The notes under the pieces: generated by a model
What the model saw: only the letters and a program-made list of their open reading frames with translations
Told to the model about the DNA's origin: nothing
The model's database searches: none
In this document: positions 1 through 10,615 of the stretch, one piece after another
How positions within the stretch are numbered: the first letter of the stretch is position 1
How the letters are laid out: each line of letters opens with the position of its first letter
NCBI GenBank assembly: GCA_021432655.1
Contig: MU271634.1
Span: forward strand, 4,802-36,907
Reading direction: 5' to 3'
Source: Atractiella rhizophila
Lineage: Eukaryota
DNA length: 32,106 nucleotides
Made by a program: the position numbers and the translations under genes

Positions 1-626
1 ACGTTCAAAAATGCAATCGCTGCCGATACCTGTGTTCCTGATGCTTATGCCAACAACAACGAAGTTGAAGACTTTGCTCAGGTCAGTGCAGACAATAGTA
101 GTATCGACTGCAATTGTTTATTTTCAAGGACAGGTCACCGTGATGAGCCTGTACAACGATCTCTTCAATGCCTACCCCAGCGGACCCTCCGTCTCATGCA
201 TGCAGAACCAGCTCAATGCTTACCAGAGCAACACGAGGATTAACAAGGCAGCCATGACTAGGACCACTTGCGACCTGTCCATCCGACAGCAGCACAACCA
301 GTACGTTCCCCTTCTCCCTCTCTCATTCCATCGTCGCTGAGTCGAGCGCCGTCTTCAGCCTCAAGCGCGACGTCCAAGGCCGATGGGCTCACTTCCACTC
401 CAAGGTGTCCAAACGCGACCTTGAAACTGGTGCGGCGAAGCGAAGACTCTTCAAGGAAACGCCTGTCGTCATTGGCGTTGAGATGGACATTGAAGCTCCT
501 TCGTTCGAAATCACTGACACTATCAGCCACGCCCGTGTCGCGGTGAACGAGAAATACGTTAACCCCACTCCTGCGGACGCCGTTGGGGTCCTCTATGCTG
601 AGCCCACTGGAAAACGAAGGCTCTGA
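1..626 (+). CDS. 3' part of a conidiation-specific protein 13 (Con-13)-like protein; 5' end lies outside the window
   Basis: Exons 1-81, 134-300 and 359-626 join in frame via GT-AG introns 82-133 and 301-358. Translation TFKNAIAADTCVPDAYANNNEVEDFAQ|VTVMSLY...SCMQNQL matches the D-x-CVPD-x-YA...EDFAQ...CM-x-x-QL motif I recall for Con-13-like proteins. Stop at 624-626. Confidence 0.6.
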
Positions 627-1148
627 TTTGTTTCTATGTGAATGGAATGCGGTGATGAAGTTGAAGTTGTGTTGTGTATCTCCAGGGAGAGGAAAGAATG
701 TATTTTCAATTTGGACCATCAACTGAATTATCATCATTATACCCATTACAACAACTGGTCATTTTCAGCAAGGGGGTCATAAACCTGATAGAATGTGCAT
801 GGACAATCCCGAAGGTTGCTCTCTGCTCACCTGTGTGATATTTATCTCGTGCATCATTATCGAACATGAAATACAGGGAAGAGAAAGGATGCCATAAAAT
901 CCCCTTCACACACACGAAGACAAAGCATCACATCTCACCAGCAGCACTCGTTATCGTTATGGTTATTCGGTTCGCAAGTCCCCATGACATGAGACTAGAG
1001 GTAGGACTAGAGGCACTACGACTCCAGACGGAAACGCGTCAGGCGTCCTTTGTGCTGTTTTTTGACACTTTTTGACGACTTCCCTTGTGGCTCACTTCAA
1101 TTCTTAGCTGCCTGACTCTGCCTTACTAGAACACTGGCTCATCTCAGC

Positions 1149-4100
1149 ATGGCTGCTCCGTCAGGCAATCCTCCAGGGCCACTACAGCTCCAAGCGCCGA
1201 TCGTCATCAACGCCTCCCACAGCACTCTTCCTCCGAGCAACGTACCCCTCACGCCATCCCTCATCTCCCTTCTCTCCAACCTGACACTCGCCACACTCCC
1301 CAGCTCGCCCGTCACCGCCTTGTTCTACGCCGAACGCCTCTTCTCCCTCATGCCGCAGGCGGAACTCGCCGTCTTCTGCTACGCCAGCGCGTTGAAAGCC
1401 GTCGGGGAGAGGGCGGAGAGCATGCGTGTGCTCAGAGAGGGACTGGTCAGGTGCAAGGTGGAGGGATTCAGACACAGCGAGGCGGAGGAAGGTGCGCGTC
1501 TTGAGAACGAAGGAGTGGGAGGGAACGGGAAAGGGAAGCTGAAGGAAAAGTCGAGTCCCGATCAGGGTTACATTTTGGCCCCCGTGCCCGTAAACACGCT
1601 CCAACGCTCAACCTCCCCCACTTCGTCTGCTACCGCGTCGATCCAGGCGGCGCTGTCGTCGGACAAGAAGAAGACGCAGGAGATGGGGGGACGGGTGTGG
1701 GAGGCATGGGAGGGGAGACAGGGAAGAGGGGAGGAGAAGAGGGAGAAGACGGTGTGGAACTTTCCGGCCGAGATCAAGGTGTACAAGTATCCGTTGGGCG
1801 TGGATGCGATCACGAAGTTGCAAGCTCTCGATGTGGGAATGGCGGCGGTGGATGCGACGATTGGGATGGACGCGAACGCTTTCGATACCATGGCTCGCGA
1901 CATCTTGGGCTCTTTGCCAAAGTTTCCCTCGATGCCTGCGTCGAGCACTTCGGTCCCTAATCCCTTGAACCCGCTCGCTCCGGCTGTCGCACATTCGAAC
2001 GCAATGGCGAATGAAAACAACACGAAAGACGAGGGAAGCTACCTCCTCCTTCCCTCCTTCCTTCACTCCGGGCCGCTCTCGTCTCCTATTCTTCAATCCG
2101 CTGCTCTTCCCTCCCCTCTAAACTCCAAAATGTCGGAACAGCGGGCATCATACCATCCGTCTTACTCCCTTTCGCTACCTACCCTCTTTCTGCGACCCGC
2201 CATCGAAGTAAGCCTGAGGTGTTGCGAGCTGTATGCGGAAATGTGCGCGGAGGAAATCATGCCGAGATCCGGAGGAATGGGAGGAGGGACCGGCGGCGCA
2301 GGGTTCAGTGCTGGTGCGGGGTTGGAAGAGAAAAGGGCGAGGGAGGGACTGGAATACCTGTCTCGCGTCAAACGTCTCTGGGAGATCCGTCATTCCACCA
2401 ACATCACACCCTCACAGCCTTCTACACAGACGCAGATGAAGGGTGCAGAAGACGATCTACCACCGTTGCCTCCTGGTATCACGCCCCCGTCGGCGGCTGT
2501 GGGGTTGGAGTGTAAACTTGCTCGTCTCGCGCTCGCGAGTCAGATGGAGGAGAGGGCGGCGGAACATTATGAGAAGGCTCTTGCCGGAGAAGGGGGAAGG
2601 TGGTGTTGGGAAGCATTGGAGGGATTGGCAAAGTTGGGACGACCTGTAGAAGAGGAGAGATTGGCCAAGCTGTTCGCTGTCGAGAAGAAGGAAGAGGAGA
2701 AGGAGAAGAGGGTATTCATAATGAAGAAAGGTCTGAGGAAGAAGGGGGACGCGATGGATGTGGATGTTCCCGAGTGCGCTTTTATCCTTTCTTCATTCCT
2801 TTCAATAATCGCTGTAAGATTTGTGCTAACATCTAGGGCATGAAAAATAGGAAGCCACCGTCCGCCTCAAACATGCAAAAAGCGACATCAAACGAATCCA
2901 AACCATCCTCCTCCTCTTCCACCGCACGGACGCAGGCTCAATTCACATTCACCGCCCTCCCCCCTTCCACCACCACCTCAACCCCTGCATCTTCCATACC
3001 TCTCCCATCAACATCTGCATCCGGAGTTCCTCGACAGGCAGGAAACAAAAGACCGAGATCCGCCACCGGTGGTAGTACAGCTGTCCCATCACGCACAACC
3101 GCAACCGGTGTTGGTGCAGCTGGAGTGGTGAGAAAGACCTCGGGAACGGCGGGTGCGTCTGGTGCAACTGCGATTGGGGGGACGGCGCCGGCTGTGAGGA
3201 GGAGTACGAGGTTAGGAGCGGGTGTCGGTGTAGGTGTAGGTGCAGGTGCGAGGGGAAAGGTATCTGTGCGTCCGATCCCTCTTCTGTCTTTTTTCCGAAT
3301 ATTGAAGGGAGTACTGATACGTGATTTATCGTGGGACGTTAATGTAGGGTGCAACGGCAGCAGTGAGAGAGCGCAAACGATTAAAGCCCGGTTCTACTCC
3401 CATCTCTTCCTCCCGTGGTCCATCGAAAGCTACCTCCCCTGTTTCCGAGACTGACAGCCTATACCATGTGCGGGAGCCTTCTGGGCCTTCAGAGGAGGCA
3501 CTCACAGAGGCGAGGGAGGCGGAAGCGTATCTGTGCGAGTCTGTCAGGCGCTTTGCTAGCATTTCACGCCTTTTGGAGGCTTTCAGGATCAAGGAGGCGC
3601 TGCAAGAGATTGAGGGATTGGGAGAGGAGTGGAGACGTTGTTGGAAGGTTTATGAATGGATGGCGAGGGGGAATATGGAGTTGGGGAATCATGAAATTGT
3701 GCGTAAACTCCTTGTTTTTGCTGGAATGCATGTTGGCCTGAACGTTGCGATCCAGGCTGAGAAGTGCTACCTCAAGTGCCGCTCTCTGGCACCCCGACTC
3801 GTCTCCCCCGTCCCACTGTATTCCACCGTCCTCTGGCACCTCCAAAAACCAGTGGCCTTGTCAGCTCTTGCCCAAGACCTCCAATCTCACTCCCGCAACG
3901 CTCCTCAAACCTGGATCGTATCCGCCAATCTCTTCTCCTATCTCTCCGACAATTCAAACACGCTTCGTGCTCTGGACAGGGCACGAGAATGTTTTTCTTC
4001 CCGCGGTTCGATCTACACTGGTGCGGGATGGAATCTGAACGACGATTGCTATTCACTCACTTTGAGTGGGCACGAATGTGTTGCGATGCAGGAATATGAG

Positions 4101-4816
4101 AGGGCGATTGGATTTTACAGGGAAGCTTTAAGGAGGAACAGCAGGCACTTTAATGCTTGGTTTGGTTTGGGGAACTGTTATGAGAAGACGGGAAGGCATA
4201 AACTCGCTGGGTATCATTACGCAAGGGCGATCCAAGTCAACCCCACCAACGCAATCATTGCCACTTCTCTCGCCGGTGTGAGTCTTTCTCTCTACTCTCT
4301 CCTCCTCCTCCTCCTCCGTCCGGTGATTTCGAATGCCAACCAATGTGGTGGAGGGTTCCGATTGTTTGCTCTGTTTGGAGATTGACTGCATTGTTGACGG
4401 GACGGCAGAGTTACGAACAGCAAGGCAAGTTCACGGATGCCCTCGAGATCATCAACGAAGCAATCAAATTGCAACCCAACTCCCCAACGATCAAGTTCAG
4501 GCGGTTAACAATCATGGGACGCATGAAAGCTTCACTTGTAGGTCTTCCGATCATCCCCTACATTCCCGTTCGTCGACCTAAAACCAATTGATTCGCGGTG
4601 CAGCTCTTCCCGATGCTCCATCAATTCGTTCAAGAGTCGCCACAGGAGACTACACTTCATATGATGTTTGCGAAACTGTGCGCAAAGACGGGAGAGCACA
4701 AGCTTGCGAAGAAACACTTTGGAATCGCCGCTGATCTGGATAGCAATTTGCTGAGGCAGATCAAAGAGTTCGAGAACAAGATGTTAGAGGATAGAAGTAC
4801 GTTAGGAAATGTGTGA
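1149..4816 (+). CDS. CDC27: Anaphase-promoting complex subunit 3 (Cdc27/Nuc2), TPR protein
   Basis: N-terminal ALFYAERL motif, a low-complexity linker, then a C-terminal TPR block: YSTVLWHL...LSALAQDL...PQTW, TLSGHEC, RHFNAWFGLG, HYARAIQVNPTN. Frame-consistent GT-AG introns 2774-2850, 3260-3347, 3699-3755, 4278-4408 and 4538-4603. Confidence 0.92.
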
Positions 4817-5723
4817 GATGGGAGAGGATGGATTTTCGTTTGGATTTTCGTCTTTTCGATTCCATTTGTGACCTTGACTTGATTTTGTTCAATGTGGCGT
4901 CTTGATGGCCTCTATGTCGTGCAATATGTGTAATCATTGCTAACATGACCACCACCCCACATCCTGAGCCCATAGGCTGCAGCCTGGATAACGGTCGAAG
5001 AACAAAAGGATACGTGATCTGGCGACATCTTGCGCCAATCTGGTATTGCACCTGATAAGGGTCGGAACCCTAAGGCGACACTGGAACCGAATAAAGGCAG
5101 CTGACGGTCCTTGACTCGCCTGCTTCCAAACGACGACTTGACTTGACTTTCGCAGCACTCGACTCGCCCTCACCATGGCTCAGTAGAATTCCTATTTAAG
5201 ACCTAATCTTCCCCCTTACGCCCTTGGGCAGAATATTTTCACTTTTCTCAACTCGAGAAAGCCATCATGCAGGGTTGGACAACGCCACCTTTCCGTATAA
5301 AGAGTAACTTTTGAGTGTCAGGAACTGAGAATTGGACAATAAGGAGATTGGAAGGGGTGAGTCCCTCGTTTCTGCCAATTTGGAGCGGATTAGGGTGCGG
5401 AAGTGACGTTTCATGTGGATGGGCTAACGGCTGCTTGCATTTTGCTCTATTTGCTCCTCTCCACCTACCCATTCGCGATGCTCGAATGCAGGTCAGAGAC
5501 AGTGGTAGCAGCAGTTAGAAAAACAACAACATTCAACAACGCGAGTCAAATATCTGAAACGTTCAACACCGCTTCAACCTTTCCAGGTTCACACTTTACC
5601 AGCGCTTCAACAATCATTTCCGAGCCAGCGCCAGCGCCGCACGGTAGCTGCAGTACTTCAACAGTTATATTCACAGTCCCTATTCCCATTTCGAAGCGTC
5701 AAGATCGTCAACAAATAGACGTC

Positions 5724-7176
5724 ATGCATTCCCAGTTCTTGCACATCACCTCCTCTAAGCTCGCAAAGGGAGCTCCATCGCTCAGACACATGGTTCTCCT
5801 TTCCAACGCCCTCACCCAGTCCCCTCAGGACTCCGAAACCCAATTAGAGGATGAATTTGACGGGGAAAGTCAGAAGCGAGCAGAGGAGGAGTGGCTGGAC
5901 GGTGTTCTGGAGGAGATGATCATGCAGGAGGAGGTGGAAGACGAGGAGGAAGAAGAGACAGGCTGCTGTTCGAACGGGGAATCCTCGGGTGAAGGGTCTG
6001 CAGGTGGCGGTGGCCATGGAATTGCAAGTGATTATGTCAACGTCAGCTTCCGACATCACCCACAATACCCTTACCAACCCCGCCTTCATCCTTATCGACA
6101 TTCAGAACATGTCAACATCACTGATAGCGGATACCTTGAAGGGGATTCATCCGACCCAGCTGAAAGCGATAACCGCTACCTCGACCTTCGGGCGGAAATG
6201 TCGTCAAGCTTCCTGGTCCTTAATACGGAACACGCCAAGCTCCCACCACTCCCGGAGTCTCCACCGCCGGAGGAAGAAGATGTTCCATCACTTGGTTTCA
6301 GCCCTCCCGACTGCACCTTTAAACCCGGACATACGAAATGGAAGCGCTCTGTAGCCGAAAGTGACTGGGAGAGCTCTAACGACAGCTTGCCCGAGATCGA
6401 CGATGAGGAGTCAATCAAGCTCTCTGCCAGTCCGACTATCTTCGACTCTTTCACAGAAAGGAACACGAACAGGGATCGAACGCTTCCTTTCCGAGGTGTA
6501 GAGGTGTACGATGACGAGCAGTGCTTGGATATGGATGAGGAAGAAGAGAGGGGAAGGTCCCGAGGGTGCGACAGGATGTATTGGAAACCTCCTCAACCAC
6601 AACCTTCGAAGAACGTCCTGAATGTCCATCCCGCCACGGCCGTCCAGATTGCACCTTGGAAGTTCACGCCTCCAACAACTTCTACGCCTCCACCGCCATC
6701 TCCATCCTCCTACTACAACACCTTCAACGTCCTTCACTTCCATCCTTTCGTCCCGCCGGTTCTCATGTCGTCGACCGGCGGACCGACGCGCAAGTCAGTC
6801 TCAGCCTCGCGTTCGCCATTCACTCCAGTCCCTCCCGCGCCGCCACCGCCTCCAGTTCAGTATCAACGGGCTAGCCCGCTGTTCAGGCTCCAAATGCGTC
6901 CGCCACCACCTTTGGCTCCGCCACCACCGCCTCCTGCTATCCCGGTGTGGGCGACTAGGATGAACAAGAGAGACGGTCTAGTAAAGGTGTGCAAGAGCGA
7001 GGTTGGAGAGAATGGAGAAGTCGATATCGTCGAGGATCAGAAGAAGGTTGATAAGGGCCATGTTCGGAGCTTCTACGACTGTACCGATCTTGGTGAGTGA
7101 TTGCGTTGATTAATCGTGCAACCTTTTTAATGACTTTACAACAGGCGAAGCTCGTGGTTGGTTTATGCGAGGTTAA
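5724..7176 (+). CDS. Uncharacterised, largely disordered acidic/Pro-rich protein with an N-terminal SERTA/Ecm13-like helical motif
   Basis: Long ORF. Likely start ATG 5724 (MHSQFLHITSSKLAKGAPSLRHMVLLSNAL); an in-frame upstream ATG at 5478 also exists. Intron 7093-7144 (GTGAGT...CAG) adds a last exon GEARGWFMRG* ending at 7176. Confidence 0.75.
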
Positions 7177-8350
7177 TCGGCCATCCTCATCTGGATCCTT
7201 GGTTACTCAATCTTGGCGTCTAAACAACAACAAAAAAAGATGAACTCGTAGAAATACGTTTGAGTATCAATCATCAGTCTCAGTATCTCAGTATTCGGTA
7301 GATCAGTACGTCAGTTCAGGGCTCTCAAATTCCTCGAATCGAATCGATCGTGCATGTTCGACTGGGCTTTCCCCCCTTCCTCTGCAACTCTTTGATTTTT
7401 CTTCTGTCCTCCTTCTTGAGTGAGTGACAATGCGTGCCGCATAGTTTGCTTATTAAAGCTGTTTTGATTTCGTCCTTCGACCCTGCCAAAGTTTCAAGTC
7501 TCCATACCTAGCTTTCTCAGCGGCTCCTTCTTTGATTTGCTCGGTTTACTTGCTTGATCCTCTCTTCCTTATCTCTCGTCATACCAAAAGCCAGTTATCA
7601 GTCGCTCGTCTCGTCGTTCCTCTCCTCCCTTTCCCCCATTTGATTGTAAAATTATTGCTCTACTTACCTTTCTCATTTAAACGAATACGTAGTTAGTCTC
7701 ACATCCCTCATCCATCCCCATCTATTACACGTCCGTTCATCCTTTATGATTTCTCCTCCGAGTAGCGTTACATACGCCCTCACTCGCACCTTTTACCAAC
7801 CAGTTTCAATTCGGGTTTTCTCCACTCATCTCGCTGATCTTCCTAGCTCTGGCGATGCGGTTGGTCGGCTCGCTTTCCCTCCAGCTGATTCTTGTCTAGT
7901 TTTCGTCTCGTCTACAATTACCTACTCCAATCCCGTTTAAAGGCTCTCTGAATCTCGGTACGGATCTTCAACACCTTCCACGAACCGTTTCTTACATTTT
8001 CACCAAGATCTCTTGTGTGCCAGCGAATGGACTTGGATTTGAGTTACTTTACTTAGTGATTTACTTATCAAGTCGTTCGCAGACTTATCATTTCGAGTCA
8101 GTGCCAGTAGGAGGTTGATCCGGTCCGACATGTTGTTTTACCTAGCTTATTAGCTCCATCTTCTCACTACCTTTTTCTAACAATCTTAGCTCTCGGGTCC
8201 CTGGGAAGGTGGTCTTCAGCTTACTTACGGTCCATGAAGTATCTGATCGAGTAATGAACCATCGTTTTCACATATCCTTGATCCTTGCTCTTCATGAATT
8301 GAAGAAAATAATGCTACAACATTCGATTACGTGCTACGGACGTCAATAAC

Positions 8351-10422
8351 TTAATACTGTAAAGTCTCGACGATGGCATCGAGCACCCTGATCTCATCAG
8401 GCAAGAAGAACTTTTCGAAAGCAGCAGGGAACGGGGTATCCCAACCAGTCACCCTCTTCACGGGCGCTTCGAGTCTCAAGAACTCACGTTCGGTGATCTC
8501 AGCAGCGATCTCGGCGCTGATGCTCCCGCTTCGACTCGCTTCGTGCACGATGATGAGCCGTCCGGTCTTCCTGACCGATTCTGAGATCGTCTCCATGTCG
8601 GCGGGGAAGACGGTGCGGAGGTCGATGAGCTCTATCGAGGGAGGTTTGTTGCGGATGGAGGCGGGAATGAGCGGATTGGTCTTTAGTGCGTCGAGGGCTC
8701 GGGCGATCGTGTATAGCGGTGGGCCACTTGGTATTGAGTCAGTTTGGTGGGTTTGGAAGGAAGAGGACGCACTAGGATACAATTGTTAAATCGCTTCCCT
8801 CTTGTAGGATCTCTGCCTTCCCTAGAGGTAATGTAAAGCTCTCCACAGGCACATGCTCGCTCGCAGTCCGGTAGAGAATCTTAGGCTCGAAGAAAACGAC
8901 TGGATTAGGATCGCGGATACTCGCTGTCCACGCCAAACGATCAGTTTTACCCAACCCAGGGGAACGAGGAAACGAGTCGTACCAAGTAAGAGACCCTTCG
9001 CTTGTAAAGGCGAACGCGGGACTACGACCTTGAGACCAGGGACTGCATAGAACGCTTCTGGGCTTTGAGAGTGATACAGTCCGCCATGGCCTACAGCTGC
9101 ACATGCTGTTCCAAGTGAACCGCATCGCGTCGCTCAGTTTCAGCTCCTGCTTCCTATAAGGTAAAGGGAGGCTACGCACGAGCTCGAACCGTCAAGTTTC
9201 CTGCACTGAACTGGCCGTTCGATCGGTACCTGAACTTGGCAGCCTCGTTCGCGAGTTGATCAAACATGGGACCTTGATCCAATGTTCTTGAGCGACGATA
9301 GACGATAGGGAAGGAAATAAAGGGCAACATACCCATGTAGTCGGCGAATTGACATTCAGCGATTGCGGTTTGTCCCATGGAGGATAAACCGATGCCAAAA
9401 CCGGCGATACCCTGTTCGGTGAGAGGAGTGTTGAAGACCCGTTCTCTGCCTGTTCCCTCCCAAACATCGGGTGATGGAACGTTAGAAAGAGCCTATTGAG
9501 GGAGAAACGGTCGATGAACGGCGAATACAATCGGACAAAATGCGATCACAGATTTACCCTGCTTCCGCCAGAATACGAACTGAACAATATATGGAAGTTT
9601 AAGAATCTATCAAATGCTAATCCGAAGGTAGAGCCAAGAAGGCGTCAGAGAGAAATGAGCCCCAACTTTGAAGCCATTGTCTCTGCCTTCTTTAGTTACT
9701 AACTTACTAACAGAATTGATAACAAGGACGCGTCTAGTGAGAGATAAGAAGAACAGGCTTTGGACCAATTATGAATTCACATGTGCTTTGGAGAGACAGA
9801 CAAGATGGATGACCAAGTCTACATCTTCTCATTCGCTCATTCCAAGTGAGCCTCGTATATAGAATGCGACTATCTGGAGGAAAGGGAAGAATGTATGATT
9901 GATCGATCAATACACTGCTTCAACTACTCTTCCCTCTATCCCAGCAGGAAGGAATTCGTACCGCAGGATCACGGCACACACCGCTCGCCAGTAACAAAAG
10001 CAAAAGGAAGGAACAGAAGAGAAGGGCTCACCAAACTCCTCCGCGAGCCCAAGAGAGCACCTAAACACGCCTCCGAAGGCAACATCCTCCCCAAACACGA
10101 CTGCCGTCTCATCGTTGCCCAGCGTGATAGACATCGCGTCCCTGATAGCCTGACACATATTCATCATCCTCGTCTCCCTCCCCTCCTTCCCTTCCTTCCC
10201 AGACGAACCGACGACCTCCTTGACGCCTTCTGCGCCTGATGGCGAGAGCGAGCAGGAGGACGAACCCTTGCCGTCGTGCCAGTCGGACGGGTGGAAGGCG
10301 AGTGAGGGCGTGGAGAGGGCGGAGGAACGCGATTTGTGGAGGATGGAGAGTGTCGCGGGGGAGGTGGTGGTGGAGAGTGCGCGGACTGTGCGGGAGAGAC
10401 GGTGTACGGGTAGACGCGTCAT
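8351..10422 (-). CDS. BCKDHB: Branched-chain 2-oxoacid dehydrogenase E1 beta subunit, mitochondrial
   Basis: Arg/Ser-rich presequence, then [75 protein letters not shown] and [16 protein letters not shown]. Introns are GT-AG; the first is 10031-9450 (582 nt). Confidence 0.95.
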
Positions 10423-10615
10423 GGCTGCTCACTGGAATCGCTGAGATATTCCTAGGATATGGCTGGAGATGTCAACTACTCAGACAGAGGAAAAGTTTCC
10501 AATAAATAATTCTGGGGAAAGGCATCCCGATCGCTTGGTGTTCTGCCATTAGTATGAGACTACAAATGTTCACGTGATACTTTTTTTGGAAGTATCGCGA
10601 TCATTGCATGCAACG
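10423..10615. promoter_or_regulatory. Compact bidirectional promoter region between BCKDHB and PPM2
   Basis: The divergent ATGs are separated by only 193 nt. Contains a CACGTG E-box at 10571-10576. Confidence 0.6.

Noticed and set aside
2774..2836. Apparent non-canonical splice or frameshift in CDC27 at the first AG after the branchpoint
   Set aside because: Using the next AG (2849-2850) restores the frame with a canonical GT-AG intron.
9450..10031. TPP riboswitch in the intron of a ThDP-dependent enzyme gene
   Set aside because: No CTGAGA or ACCTGAT/ACTTGAT...TAAT...GCG aptamer core on the sense strand.
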